DNA of 64,000 bases from Eledone cirrhosa (GCA_964016885.1 OZ024750.1:45074001-45138000); one strand, 5' to 3'. Shown: positions 1-14,613, counted from the stretch's first letter. A program made the numbers and translations. The notes: generated from the letters alone by a model not told the origin.

Positions 1-159
1 ACATACACACACGCACACACACACGCACACGCACACATACACATACACACACATACACAGACACACCCACATACACATATATATACACACACACATACAC
101 ACACATACACACACACACACAGACACACACACACACACACACACACACAACTATATATA

Positions 160-215
160 GGAAAAGAGTCAGGACCCCGACAGCTGAGCTCTGGCTATTT
201 CGACAGCTAGATCAC
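160..215 (-). mobile_element. PLE terminal relic (family X; hammerhead 3' half plus short terminus) at the edge of a microsatellite
   Basis: The reverse complement CTAGCTGTCGAAATAGCCAGAGCTCAGCTGTCGGGGTCCTGACTCTTTTCC matches the arms of the fold-back at 20256-20365 and the relics at 19249-19278 and 41277-41324; it abuts (TA)n. Confidence 0.55.
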
Positions 216-237
216 ACATATATTTATACTCACTCAG

Positions 238-607
238 ATGGTGGATGGGTGCTACACGAGAATGCTGAGGATGGCTCTGAACATTAATCAGTATACACTG
301 AGGATGAAAAACTCAGAGCTGTATGGGAGCATCCCAAAAGTCAGCTCAAAAGTGACACAGAGGAGACTGACGTTGGCTGGACATGCTCACCGACATCCAG
401 AGTTGACATTGCACTCAATGCTCCTTTGGGAGCCCCTACATGGACACACTAGAAGAGGAAGACCAAGGTTAACATATGTTGATACCCTAAGGACAGACAC
501 TGGTCTGTTGGAGATGCAGGATATGGCAGCGATAATGAGGGACAGAGACCGCTGGAGAGAACTCGTCCATGGATCTCGGGAATTTTACCCGCCTTAGATA
601 GATAGAT
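238..607 (+). mobile_element. 5'-truncated RTE-clade LINE, 3' end of the RT ORF with a (TAGA)n tail
   Basis: Peptide DGCYTRMLRMALNI...RRLTLAGHAHRHPE...LLWEPLHG...RGRPRLTYVDTL...MRDRDRWR is the typical RTE C-terminus; the stop is followed by TAGATAGATAGATA. Confidence 0.8.
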
Positions 608-1202
608 ATTTATAGAATTTCGTATATCTAAAGAATATACGATATGTTTAATAAATATACATTTTGAACGCCTAGTTACGAATGTTGAAAGGCTGACGGC
701 TAGCGCCCTCTAGCGGATTATAACAGAAGCAGTGATGGACAACTATCTATGCGCATTTCGAGCTTCTGGCTCTCAGGAAGGCAGTACTTTCCCTGATTTG
801 TTTTAGAACTTGAAATAGGGGAAAATATATAGATTTTCACCTGTGTAGGAGGTCTGATTAGGCTCATTGGCAAGTGAAGCTGTATAAGTTAGCTCCAATT
901 AAAAGTAGAATCAAAATTTAGCTTCGGCATAACTGAGTACATACATTTATGTGAATTTCGTATATCTCATGATATACTGTATATTTATAAACTGGAAGGT
1001 TTCTGTAGTGTGCGTCTACCAAATTCCACTCAAAGTTCATTGTTTTCTCCAAGGCTACAAAAGATGAGACGGATCTAACGTGCCATGCTAAAACACTGAT
1101 CCCTGAAACATGGCTTTGGGATGCAAACTATCATAGTTACCCAGACTTCCAGGCATGCTACCAACTCTTCCAACCTATAATAAACCATATTATTTGGTAT
1201 CA

Positions 1203-1394
1203 GGGGTGGTGGATTGGCAGTATCGGTAGAGGGTCGCACGCCATGCTTTCCAGAATAGTTACGTCCCTTTACACTCTGAGTTCAAATCCCGGCGAGGTTA
1301 ACTTTGCCTTCTATCTTTATGGGTTCGATAAAATGAAGTATCAGTAATGTACTGGGTAATTGCTGGCTTTGTGCCAAACGTAGAAACAATTATT
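1203..1394 (+). mobile_element. tRNA-derived SINE (major family of this window)
   Basis: A-box-like TGGCAGTATCGG, B-box GAGTTCAAATCC, conserved body AACTTTGCCTT(T)C..GGGTCGATAAAATAAAGTACCAG, 3' end GTAGAAACAATTATT; more than 10 copies in the window. Confidence 0.85.
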
Positions 1395-1760
1395 TGGTAT
1401 CAATCATTTTTTTTCCTTGACAGTGTCTCATATATCTTGAAGGTCTGTTACCGGTTATCCAAGTCATATATATTTATAACAATATTTATAATTCATGACA
1501 TTTCACTTCCTTCACAGCTCAGACATTGTCAACACTGGGAATAATAAATCTAACACGACTATCGTTTGAAACAACACTAGTGTAATAGACTTACCAATAT
1601 CTTTGACACCTCTGCACAACAACTAAACCAGGGAATACGTAGTCAATATTCTATTTATACTATAATTAGCAACTGAGATCTTCTTCAAATATTATGTCGC
1701 GGTCTTAAAATTAAACAGATATATTAGCTAATGAAGTTTTCATTATAATATAGTAGAAAA

Positions 1761-1960
1761 GCGCGGTGGATTGGCAGTATCGGTAGAGTCGGACGCCATG
1801 TTTGCAGCATAGAGTTACGGTCCTTTACGTTCTGAGTTCAAATCCAATCGACGTCAACTTTGCCGCCTTTCATCCTTACGGGGTCGATGACATAAAGTAC
1901 CAGTAATGCACTGGGAGTTGATCAAATTGCTGGCATTGTGCCCCTATCAGAAACTATTAT
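1761..1960 (+). mobile_element. tRNA-derived SINE, first of a tandem pair
   Basis: Same head, body and 3' end as 1203-1394. Confidence 0.85.
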
Positions 1961-1972
1961 AATATAGTAGAA

Positions 1973-2170
1973 AGGGCGGTGAATTGGCAGTATCGGTAGA
2001 GGGTTGGACGCCACGCTTTGATGCATAGAGTTACGGCCCTTGCCATTCTGAGTTCAAATCCCGCCTAGGTTAACTATGCCTTTCATCCTTACGGGGTCGA
2101 TAAAATAAAGTACCAGTAATGCACTAGGGTTTATCAAATTGCTGGACTTGTGCCCCTATCAGAAAGTATT
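1973..2170 (+). mobile_element. tRNA-derived SINE, second of a tandem pair
   Basis: Same family; AATATAGTAGAA occurs before, between and after the two copies. Confidence 0.85.
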
Positions 2171-2181
2171 AAAATATAGTA

Positions 2182-2335
2182 GAATACAGTTAGAACGTCG
2201 AATAGAATGCTTTGCAGAATTCGTTTTGACTCTCTCCTCGCCAAGTTCAATTACCACAGCGGTCACATTTGCTTTACATCCTTTCGAGGTCAATCAAAAA
2301 CGTACCAGCCTTATACTGGGGTCGATTCTTCCTAT
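2182..2335 (+). mobile_element. Older diverged SINE of the same superfamily
   Basis: Degenerate body TTTGCTTTACATCCTTTCGAGGTCAATCAAAAACGTACCAG...ACTGGGGTCGATT. Confidence 0.55.
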
Positions 2336-2404
2336 ATATATTTTTCTCACATCTCCCGCTTCTCTCTCTCTCTCGCTCCCTCTCTCTCTCTCTCACACAC
2401 ACAC

Positions 2405-2440
<36 letters not shown>

Positions 2441-2444
2441 TATA

Positions 2445-2630
2445 AAATTGTTTCTACGTTTGGCACAAGGCCAGCCATTATCCCAATGTATAACTGGTGC
2501 TTTATTTTATCGACCCCGTAAGGATGAAAGCAAAGTTAATCTCCGCGGAATTTGAACTTAGACCATAAAGGGACGTAACTCTTTTCTACAAAGCATGGCG
2601 TCCGACCCTCTACGAATACAGCCAATCCAC
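2445..2630 (-). mobile_element. tRNA-derived SINE
   Basis: Reverse complement of the 1203-1394 family. Confidence 0.85.
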
Positions 2631-2789
2631 AATACCAGTAGTTAAGACGGAGTTATTTCACCATAATTACTTTATTGCATGATATATATTTCTGTTATAT
2701 CGTTATGCATGTGACTTCATCAGATATTTATATAATCATAGGTGTAGTTATGCAATCATTTGAATATGTCACTGGTCATGTATTGCCCT

Positions 2790-2853
<64 letters not shown>

Positions 2854-2929
2854 GAATGCACTGACCTACAAGGCACGTTAATTCCATAGCAACCACTACC
2901 ACATTCAGCCTCATTAGTACACACCTTAA

Positions 2930-3148
2930 CTCTTTAGAATTTACATTACTTTACATTTACTATTGTATTTTCAGAGTAAAATCTTTACATCACATAATTA
3001 TCTCACATATCGAATCTATTAGATTTTTTATAGTATTTATTTTTAGAACAATACCTTAACATCAGCAAGAGTGGCCAGTTGCAGCCAGTTAGAACAGAAA
3101 GTGATGAGAGAATTCAGGCCGGATATGGCCGGTTTAAATGGTAACGGG
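2930..3148. mobile_element. piggyBac-like non-autonomous element (MITE)
   Basis: TTAA at 2926-2929 and 3149-3152 flanks the imperfect TIRs CTCTTTAGAATTT / AAATGGTAACGGG. Confidence 0.5.
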
Positions 3149-3329
3149 TTAACCGACAATGAATCGAAAATATCACCGTAACTATTAACACACTTTCTCA
3201 TTTTTATTGCAACATACTATTCGTTTGCCAAATTTATAAATTTCAAACAAAACTACACCAACATCACAATTATCACGACTAGTATAATCACCATAACACC
3301 ACCTTCACCGTAACCATCAACATCACCAG

Positions 3330-3510
3330 CATAACCAATACACCCACTACCAACACACCCATAACCAATACATCCACATCCAACACACCCATAACTTACA
3401 CACCCGCAACCAACACACCCGCAACCAACACACCCATAACCAACACACCCATAACCAACACACCCATAACCAAGACATCCACATCCAACACACCTACAAC
3501 CAACACATAT
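3330..3510 (+). repeat. 15-bp minisatellite (ATAACCAACACACCC)n
   Basis: About 12 degenerate tandem units are visible. Confidence 0.85.
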
Positions 3511-3599
3511 TATCGTCTACACCACCATTACTATCACAATCACCATCATAATCTAATCAATACCTCCACTCTAATGGCCATGATTATAACTACCATCAC

Positions 3600-4400
3600 C
3601 ATCATCAGCCCCACGACCGACAAAACTACCTTCACCAACATCATCACCACCAACATCATCACCAGCATCACCCCCATCATCACCACCATCGTCACCACCA
3701 ACATCACCACCATCATCACCACCATCATCACCACCAGCATCATTACCAGCATCACCACCATCATCACCACCATCGTCACCACCAACATCACCACCATCAT
3801 CACCACCATCATCACCACCATCATCACCACCAACATCATCACCATCATCACCACCAACATCATTACCATCATCACCACCAGCATCATCACCATCATCACC
3901 ACCAACATCATCACCGTCATCACCACCAACATCATCACCATCATCACCACCAACGTCACCACAATCATCATCACCATCATCACCATCACAACTGATTCCA
4001 CTACACTCATTGCCATGGTTATAACAACCGTTACCAGGAATCATCCCCCACAACCGACAAAACTAACTTCAACATCATCATCACCAACATTATCACCAAC
4101 ATCAACATCACAACCAATATCATCACTCACAACGTCATACTTACAAACGCCATTCCATCATCACTAACACAACCATCACCAACACTATCATCATCTCCAC
4201 CACCGTTACCAACAACATCACCACCACCACCACCACCATCATCATCACAATCAATACCATCACCATTCCACCATCACCAACACTATTATCATCTCCACCA
4301 CCGTTACCAACAACATCACCATCATCATCATCACCATCACAATCAATACCATCACCATTCCGTCATCACCACCACAACCATCACCATCACTACTAAAACC
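3600..4400 (+). repeat. (ACC/ATC)n trinucleotide-based minisatellite
   Basis: CACCACCATCAT/CACCACCAACAT units; the ORFs on both strands are low-complexity translations. Confidence 0.9.
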
Positions 4401-5169
4401 TACACAGCTACGTTAACCAGCATCATTAGCCCCAACAATATGATCAGGAAACCGGCCCCACTATCTTTCCTACCGTCAGCAATACAATCACAATCATCTT
4501 AACGATTACCCCCCCCCCCCCCCCCCCCCACCACCACCACCAGAGCCGCCATTACAATCACAACCAAAGTAACTACCATCACTACTACAAATACTATCGC
4601 AATCACCAACACAACAACCACTCCTTACCATTTAACTTTCACCAATACCACAACTATACCAACTACAGACTCCATATCATTAAAGGAGAGCAGCCATTTA
4701 AAAAAAAAATCTTTTTTATTCTCCATTTTATTTCAAACAATATTTCTTTCGTTTTTCCTTCTTTTCTTTCGTATATCGTTCTTTATTTATTGCATTCTTT
4801 CTTTTCTTTATTTCATTTTTTTTTTCTTTTTTTTTTTATATCTTTCTTCCTTCCTTTCGTTCCAGCAATTAGAATCCAGTTTCGATGTTCAGAAACTATT
4901 TATCAAATATTAGAAACACGGTAGTTTATAAACAGCCATTTCATGTGGACAATACGTAAATAATTCGACAACTAACACTGGGTGGGTGGTAAGGAGACTG
5001 GAGAAGGTGCTGTAATAACAATAACAACAACAATGACAATAAAACATCTACAAAACAGCAACATTGACGACAATAACAATAACAGCAATCACAACAACAC
5101 TAATACATATATCAGCAATTACCACACCAAAAAGAAAAAAAAACGACGAGAAAAGAAACATACCAACAA

Positions 5170-5225
5170 TCATAAAAACCAACAACAACATCACTGAGAA
5201 CGAGAACAACAAAAACTACAATCAT

Positions 5226-5262
<37 letters not shown>

Positions 5263-6284
5263 TCATTGAGAACGAGAACAACAAAAAACCCAATCATAAC
5301 AACAACAACAACATCATTGCCAACGAGAACAGCAAAAACCACAATCATAGCAACAACAACAACATCACTGACAAGGAGAACAACAAAAACCACAATCATA
5401 AAAACAACAACAACAACAACAACATCACTGCCAACGAGAACAACAAAAACCACAATCATAACAACAACAACAACAACAACAACAACATCACTGCCAACGA
5501 GAACAACAAAAACCACAATCATAACAACAACAACAACAACAACAACATCACTGCCAACGAGAACAACAAAAACCACAATCATAACAACAACAACAACAAC
5601 AACAACATCACTATCAACGAGAACAACAAAAACCACAATCATAACAACAACAACAACAACATCACTGCCAACGAGAACAACAAAAACCACAATCATAACA
5701 ACAACAACATCACTGACAATGAGAACAACAAAAACCACAATCATAACAACAACAACAACAACATCACTACCAACGAGAACAACAAAAACCACAATCATAA
5801 CAACAACAACATCACTGACAACGAGAACAACAAAAACCACAATCATAACAACAACAACAACAACAACATCACTGACAACGATAACAACAATAACAGCAAT
5901 AACAACAAAAACAGTAATAACAACAACAGCAACAACAACAGCAATAACACCATCTAAAGAAACAACATCACTGACAATAAAAAGAATAACAGTAATCATA
6001 ACAACAACACTGACAACAATAACAACAATAACTGCAATAAAAACAACAACAACAACAGCCACAACATCACTGGCAACGATAACAACAACAACATCAGCAA
6101 TCACAACAACAACAATAACAATAACTGCAATAAAAACAACAACAACAACAGCCACAATATCACTGGCAACGATAACAACAACAACAGCAAACACAACAAC
6201 AACAATAACAGCAATTACAACTTCAACAAAAACAACAATAACAGTAATTACAACAACATCAACAACTTCACCACCACCAGCACC

Positions 6285-6315
<31 letters not shown>

Positions 6316-6372
6316 TGATTAGTGACGACTATAATATTTAACACAAGAATAACAGCAACCATTGTAACAACA

Positions 6373-6403
<31 letters not shown>

Positions 6404-6810
6404 TATCAACAACAACAACAAAAACACCACCACCACCACCATTAACAACAAAAACAACAACACCACCACCAACAACAACAACAAAATCACCACCACCACC
6501 ATTAACAACAACAAAAACAACAACACCACCACCAACAACAACCAAATCACGACCACCACCACCATTAACAACAACAACAACAACAAAATCACGACCACCA
6601 CCATTAATAACACAATCACCACCACCACCACCAACAACAACAACAAAAACACCACCACCACCACCACCATTAACAACAACAACAACATCACCGCCACCAC
6701 CACCACCACACCACCACCATTAACAACAACAACAAAATCACCACCACCACCATTAACAACAACAAAATCACCACCACCACCACCACCAACATCAACAACA
6801 ACAACGCAAA
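5170..6810 (+). repeat. (AAC)n-based higher-order minisatellite (~50-65-bp unit ATCACTGCCAACGAGAACAACAAAAACCACAATCAT(AAC)n) grading into (AAC)/(ACC) repeats
   Basis: About 12 units at 5190-5880 with variable AAC count, then degenerate AAC/ACC tracts. Confidence 0.9.
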
Positions 6811-7012
6811 TTAAGAAAAATACTAGAATGAAAAAAAAATAATAATCAATAACAAAAATGAAAGAAAAAAAAAGATGAATAAATAACGAATATAACAATC
6901 GGTATTTAGAGGTGGAGAGGATAAGAGGAATAGAGAGAGGAAGGGGGAGAGTGATGAGAGAGAGGGTGTGAGAGAGAGAGTGAGATGGAAAGAGAGAGAT
7001 TATAGAGAGGGT

Positions 7013-7052
<40 letters not shown>

Positions 7053-7201
7053 TAGAGAGAGAGAATGTCAGTCTGGGTGTATAGAGGAAGAGAGTATAGC
7101 AATTGAAATTGGGGGAGAGAGAGCAGATAACTTATAAGGAAGGAGAGATAACTTATAAGTAAGAGAGACAATTAGTTAGACAGACAGACAGATGCAGTAG
7201 G

Positions 7202-7258
<57 letters not shown>

Positions 7259-7557
7259 GAGTGAGAGAGAGAGAATGAGTTTGAAAGAGAATTTTTTAAG
7301 AAGTGAAACAATTTTAAGAGTGGCCAATGAAATAAAAAGTATGGGTCAGAGAGAGAGAGAGCGGGAGAGGCATATAGAGAAAAATATATAGGGAGAGAGA
7401 GAGGGAGAATGGGGGAAGAGAAAGGAGAGAGCGAGGGAGAGAAAGAGAGAGAAAGAGTGAGAAAGAATGAGAGAAAGCGAGGGAGAGGGATGTGATGAAT
7501 GGAAAAAAATTTGGTAAAATTATGTGTATATATATATATACATATATATACATATAT

Positions 7558-7590
<33 letters not shown>

Positions 7591-7618
7591 CATATATGTA
7601 CATATATATATATATACA

Positions 7619-7676
<58 letters not shown>

Positions 7677-7705
7677 TATAAATAAAAATATATATATGTA
7701 CACAC

Positions 7706-7736
<31 letters not shown>

Positions 7737-7770
7737 AATATATATATGTACACATATATATATATATATA

Positions 7771-7814
<44 letters not shown>

Positions 7815-7838
7815 TATATATATATTTATATATATATA

Positions 7839-7910
<72 letters not shown>

Positions 7911-8226
7911 ATATATATATATACATTTATATATGTGTGTGTGTATATATATATATATATATAAGTGTATATATATATGTATATATGCATGTATATATAT
8001 ATATGTAATTTTTTTTTTAATTTAACGTATGGTTTTAGAGTTGTTCAACATTATAGAAGGAAATATTAGAAAACACACGATAACACAGTATACAATAACA
8101 ATAAAAATAATATATAACACAATAACACAAAAGTAATAAACAATAACAGAAAAGTAATATTTTTTATATTTATTTTTCCTCAATGTTCACAACAAGCATA
8201 CAATTCGATTGGAAAATAATATAATA

Positions 8227-8282
<56 letters not shown>

Positions 8283-8369
8283 CTATGTGTATATGAGAGT
8301 ATGTGTGTGTGTGCGTATGTATGTATGTTTGCATGCATAGCAGAGTGTATATATGTATGTATCTATGTA

Positions 8370-8427
<58 letters not shown>

Positions 8428-8579
8428 TATATATATGTATATATATATATGAATATATATATATATATATACATATAGTGCTATGTGTATATGAGAGTAT
8501 GTGTGGGTGTGCGTATGTATGTATGTTTGCATGCATATCAGAGTGTATATATGTATGTATCTATGTATCTATGTATCTA

Positions 8580-8739
<160 letters not shown>

Positions 8740-9122
8740 TATATGTGTGTGTGTGTGTGTGTGTGTGTATGTAAATATATATACATACATATATCTATTT
8801 ATACATATATGTGTATATATATACACACCGATATTATAGAGATAGTCGAATATTGAAATTTCTTTTTTTTTTAACAAATTCCAGTTTTCCAATTTTTATA
8901 ACACTATTTTCTTACATCTAAATATCAGTGTATTTGTTACACACTCTCTTGTAATATTTGCAATCTGTTTATTTTCTTATGTTGTTTTCTATTTTACTTT
9001 CTATTCGATTTGTTTTTTATCATAAAATGTGTGTAAGTATATATAAATTTACATATATATATATATATATATGTATATACAATATATTAACAAATGGAAA
9101 CTATATTTATAAAACCTTATTT

Positions 9123-9186
9123 ATTTCATTATACATATTTCAAGGGCCTCCAGAGCAAACTATGGTGCGCTTTCATCAGATAAAAT
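9123..9186 (-). ncRNA. Type I hammerhead ribozyme (PLE relic; stem II partly degenerate)
   Basis: Minus strand reads ATTTTAT-CTGATGA-AAGCGCACCATAG..CTCTGGAGGCCCTT-GAAA-TATGTATA-ATGAAAT: 7-bp stem I, canonical core, near-palindromic stem III, AUA cleavage triplet; lies in a short unique island between (TA)n tracts. Confidence 0.6.
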
Positions 9187-9283
9187 ACAATATATATTTA
9201 CTCCAATAATTTGTTGAGTGCTTTATATCAGTTATAAAAACATTTTGCTTGTTGTATCCCAACAAATTAAATATAAACTCTAC

Positions 9284-9347
<64 letters not shown>

Positions 9348-9475
9348 TTATATATATGCATATATATTTACTTATATGCATATATACATATATATATATA
9401 TATATTTCATTTGTATATATTCATATATTTGTATATATGTATGTATATATTTCATTTGTATATATTCATATATTT

Positions 9476-9508
<33 letters not shown>

Positions 9509-9524
9509 CGTATATATTTATATA

Positions 9525-9668
<144 letters not shown>

Positions 9669-9886
9669 AACATATATATGTGAGTATATCTGTATGTATA
9701 TATATGTATATATCTCTATATATATATATGTATATATGTGTGTATATATATATGTATATATATGTGTATATATATATATGTATATATATATGTGTATATA
9801 TATATGTATATATGTGTGTGTATATATATATATGTATATGTGTGTGTATATATATATGTATATATGTGTGTGTATATATATATGTA

Positions 9887-9973
<87 letters not shown>

Positions 9974-10267
9974 ATATATATATGTGTGTGTGTACAATTG
10001 AATGTTTAACATTACATTATTAAACTTACAATTCATCTTGATGTTAGCAAATATTTTTTCATCACTCCATGGCTTTCCTTTAGTTGTATATTTGTTTGTA
10101 TATTTGGTTTTGTGATTGTATTTAAAGGCGGGGAAGGGGACGGGATCGATAATGGTAAAAAACGAAAAGAGAAATAGTAATTGAACGTTTATGTCTTCAA
10201 TATTTAATATTTTCGAATCTTCAACGCAATATGCCTTATCAATTTTAAACATTGATAGATAGTATCA

Positions 10268-10341
<74 letters not shown>

Positions 10342-10410
10342 GTACATTTATATATACATACATATATATGTGTATGTATATATACATATATATGTATGTA
10401 TATATAAATG

Positions 10411-10456
<46 letters not shown>

Positions 10457-10507
10457 TATGTACACATATATATATATATACACACATATATATATATATA
10501 TATACAC

Positions 10508-10538
<31 letters not shown>

Positions 10539-10860
10539 TATACACACATATATATATAATACATATATATATATATACACATACATACATATATATAGAG
10601 TGTAGTCTAACATGGTCGGCTGTAACATATATATATATACAATATATATATATATGCATATATATGCCTGTGTTTGTATGTATGTGTGAGTGTGTGTACA
10701 TATATACGAGTGGCTCGGCGCACGTGTGTGTATATATGCATAGATATGTTTATAAATTGCTACCATATTGCGTATAACAAAAGTCGAAAAGATATTGACG
10801 CCAACAATATAAGAAACGTGTACATGAAAACACTGATTCTCATACACATATATACGTATA

Positions 10861-10906
<46 letters not shown>

Positions 10907-11004
10907 GATGAGAGAGAGAGAGAGAAAGAGAGAGAGAGATAAATATATCCATATATAGATTCATATACCTATATTTATACATACATATTCACACACACAC
11001 ACAA

Positions 11005-11105
<101 letters not shown>

Positions 11106-11172
11106 AATATATCCATATATAGATTCATATACCTATATTTATACATACATATTCACACACACACACACAACT

Positions 11173-11206
<34 letters not shown>

Positions 11207-11588
11207 GTATATATCTATGTATATAATTGCTAATGTCAGAATATGTTTGCGAATGTTTATGTGTGCTTCACAAATTGTTTTCTTTTTAGATCGATTCTTG
11301 TTCGAAAAACTGGTTTGTTTGCACATATAGTATGCAATATATCAAAGTGGAAGCCATTAGTATTTCTAAAATACTGTGGAGTTTTTTCTCTCTGTATTCA
11401 ACACAAGTTCACTAAAGATTCTGTTTGTTTCATTGAGTTAATGATTGCGTTTAAAAATGGCCCCCAACGCCTTCGCGTACCCTCCATAAATTAACCGCCT
11501 TCTTTCTTTTCCGTAAATATTGATGGATGTTGCAAGTTTTGAACGTCTTCATTTATTTACTGTGCAGACATACTTGTGTGCGTGTGTC

Positions 11589-11625
<37 letters not shown>

Positions 11626-11627
<2 letters not shown>

Positions 11628-11722
11628 TAAAATAACAGATTAAAGTTTAAGCAAAGAATCGCTGCTTATATATTTAACCTTATCGAGCCCTTTTGGGATC
11701 TTAGTTTCAAATTTATTATTAT
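11626..11722. mobile_element. PLE terminal relic (family Y): inverted short end joined directly to the long tail
   Basis: 11626-11667 matches the left arm of the 41519 fold-back; 11668-11722 matches its tail (41715-41770). Confidence 0.6.
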
Positions 11723-11867
11723 ATGCTTTCCAGCATAGTTACGTCCCTTTACGGTCTGAGTTCAAATCCCGCCGAGGTTTACTTTGCCTTTCATCCTTAC
11801 GGGGTCGATAAAATAAAGTACCAGTAATGCACTGGGTAATTGCTGGCCTTGTGCCAAAAGTAACAAC

Positions 11868-11872
<5 letters not shown>
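11722..11872 (+). mobile_element. 5'-truncated tRNA-derived SINE
   Basis: Matches the 1203-1394 family from ATGCTTTCCAGCATAG onward. Confidence 0.85.
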
Positions 11873-11954
<82 letters not shown>

Positions 11955-12229
11955 GAGAGAGAGACATTCATACATGCAGATATAGATTCTTATGTGTCTT
12001 CTTATTTGTCTTCAATCAATAATTAACAGGAAAGTTTTCTTTGGTAGGGAGAAGATCAAATTTTGTAGGAGGTGAGACGTTTGTATATCTACTTTATTGA
12101 TATTTATTTTGTTGTCCTCGTTAGTATTCCAGACAAACAATCAACTGAAGTATAAGCGCTGTGCAAACAAAACAGAAGAGAAAATAAAGCTGTATGCAGA
12201 ATACTGTAAACCGAAACAAAGTACGAATA

Positions 12230-12570
12230 TAATTGCTTCCACCTTTTGCACAAGGCCAACAATTACCCGAGTGCATTACTGGTACTTTATTTTGTCGACC
12301 TCGTAAAGATGAACGGCAAAGTTAACCTCGGTGAGTATAATGATTGATTATGATTTCTAGTTTAGGCAAAAGGCCAGCAATGTTAGGGCATGTAAAAGTT
12401 GATTAATTCGAACCCCAGTGCATTACTGATGCTTTATTTTATAGAACCCTTAAGTATGAAAGGCAAGGCTAACCTTAGTGGGATTTGAAATCAGAACGTA
12501 AAGGGTAGTGAGTCTATGCTGCAAAGCATGGTGTCGGATGCTCGACCGATACTGTCAATCCATCACCCTA
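12230..12570 (-). mobile_element. Two adjacent SINE copies (partial 12230-12332; near full-length 12350-12570)
   Basis: Reverse-complement matches to the SINE body and head. Confidence 0.75.
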
Positions 12571-13429
12571 ATACAATGGTTGTTAATAAAGGCTTATGAA
12601 TAGACATTTTGTGTGGTAGATAGTCCATGGTATGGTGTAGTTTAAAAGTAATCTGATTCTGAAGTCAGTTATATAAGGTCGTAAATATGTATTATAAGAC
12701 ATTTGTTGGTACATAGTTATCCCTATCAAGAGGAAAGTACGGGCTGTTACGTTAACTCATTGTGCAGTCGTAGAGAACATCGTAGTAAAATACATGTTTT
12801 AGGAATATTTAAACCTGGTGGAGTCCATTCTTCTCCGAATCCGATGGACACGCATTTGATATCGTCCAGAGCGAGAGAGAAAAAGAGAGAGAGAGAGTAA
12901 GAGAGATATAGAGAGAGACGTAGAAAGAATCGTTGTTAGTACTAGATTGATATTTTGTTCATCGACCTGAAAATAAGCTAAGGCATAGTTGACATCAAAA
13001 TGATTTCAACACAGTGCACAGTGACTCGGATAATATATCGAAACAAGTAATCCAACGTCCTAACGGCAGCTCTGCCAACTGAGCACCTATTCTACCGACA
13101 CTCCAGGGATTATATCTGACATAATAATAAACTGTAAGAAATTAAACTTAAAACAACGTATTTGGATATGATATGTGCTGACACGTGAGGAAATTTAACG
13201 AACCTTGGAGTGATAATGCCAGATCGAGACAAATGGAAAAAGAACTGTCCCTTGGATCGAGGAAACTCGACACATGAGTGAGTGGGGGAAGCTTTAAAAA
13301 ATCTCATCTTCCTCCATCAGCCCTGGAAATTCGTCACCTAACAATATTTAGATTGTTTAGTTAATAACTACTGCAATAAGCATCTATCCGGTCTTTACTC
13401 CAGTATTATTTTATGTCAGGTCACTCTCG

Positions 13430-13892
13430 AGTGCTACTGGTAGCATGTAACACAGTACAGCCTACTGCATGGTCGGGTCGTCGGCGACTAAACTCGCAAC
13501 CCCACCAAGATTACTTGATGAAGAGGGTGATTTTGGACACCCTGCAGGACAAAAAACAAAACCTGATAAAGGGCGGAAGAACTCATAAGAGTCAACGGCT
13601 ATCTAAAAAGAAAAAAAGAAATCCTGCCAACTCAATGGGTGGCAGTAGTTCCAGCTGCACACATCGAAATACTGGCGTAGTGGTCTCGAGAACAATGTGG
13701 CTTTGCAAATTGACAATGGAAAGGCGCTCCCGCTCGAGTTAGAAGAGAACTATTGACCTTTAGGAGCAGCAGCGACCCCTGATTGTATTCAGCAACTGAA
13801 ACAAACATGAAGTACACCATATCCAATGCTCCTATGGGCGGCCCTGGTTCTTCTTATTTACGAGGGTAAATTCGGCCAGATTAGATTAGAAT
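13430..13892 (+). mobile_element. Probable non-autonomous or internally deleted LINE-related retroelement
   Basis: GC-richer island ending in a short tandem tail AGATTAGATTAGA; no intact ORF; family not assignable by eye. Confidence 0.35.
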
Positions 13893-14343
13893 ATTTACTC
13901 TGACAAGTGTGACGATATATTTCATGAATGCGAACTCTGATTTTTTGATGTGAGAAGAAGGCAGCTGACCTCTATTTAGTACAAAGTATTTTTACAATGA
14001 GAAGACTTGTTTAATGTTTGGCGTTATTAATTATATACATCGTCAAATTCTTTCACCTCCTTCTCCTGATTGGTTAGGAGTTCTAGCTCTGTTATCTGTT
14101 TTTTCCTGTATTTATGTATGTTTGTCTGTATATATATATATATGTGTGTGTATGAGCGTCTATAGAGGCGTGCATCATGTATGTAGACAGATGTAAACAA
14201 AAGTAAATATCACTAATTACATTACTTGACTCGTATGTACAAGATAAATATTTACTACTCTGACATATTTCACTTCATATCAACAGTAGCTTAATGATGG
14301 TACATTCAGGCCCACATCAGATATATGTATGTATGTATGTATG

Positions 14344-14390
<47 letters not shown>

Positions 14391-14469
14391 GTATATATAA
14401 ATGTATATATATATATATATACATGTGTATACACACGCTTATATACATATATGTACATATACGTATATA

Positions 14470-14504
<35 letters not shown>

Positions 14505-14510
<6 letters not shown>

Positions 14511-14549
14511 AGTATAGAAATTATTATAGCAAGTAGCCAACAGTATTCC

Positions 14550-14553
<4 letters not shown>
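14505..14553 (+). mobile_element. Short unique island in (TA)n, inverted homologue of 26755-26802; probable PLE end
   Basis: ATGAAAAGTATAGAAATTATTATAGCAAGTAGCCAACAGTATTCCAT aligns with the reverse complement of 26755-26802. Confidence 0.45.

Positions 14554-14613
<60 letters not shown>

Noticed and set aside
1203-1300. tRNA genes
   Set aside because: The A and B boxes belong to SINE heads followed by a conserved SINE body; no complete cloverleaf
3546-7171. Long mucin-like, Gly/Asp-rich or Asn-rich ORFs
   Set aside because: They are trinucleotide-based minisatellites open in several frames on both strands, with no unique domain or splice context
10780-10830. Hammerhead-like GATATTG..CAATAT-AA-GAAACGTGTA
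   Set aside because: No recognisable CUGANGA core or stem I
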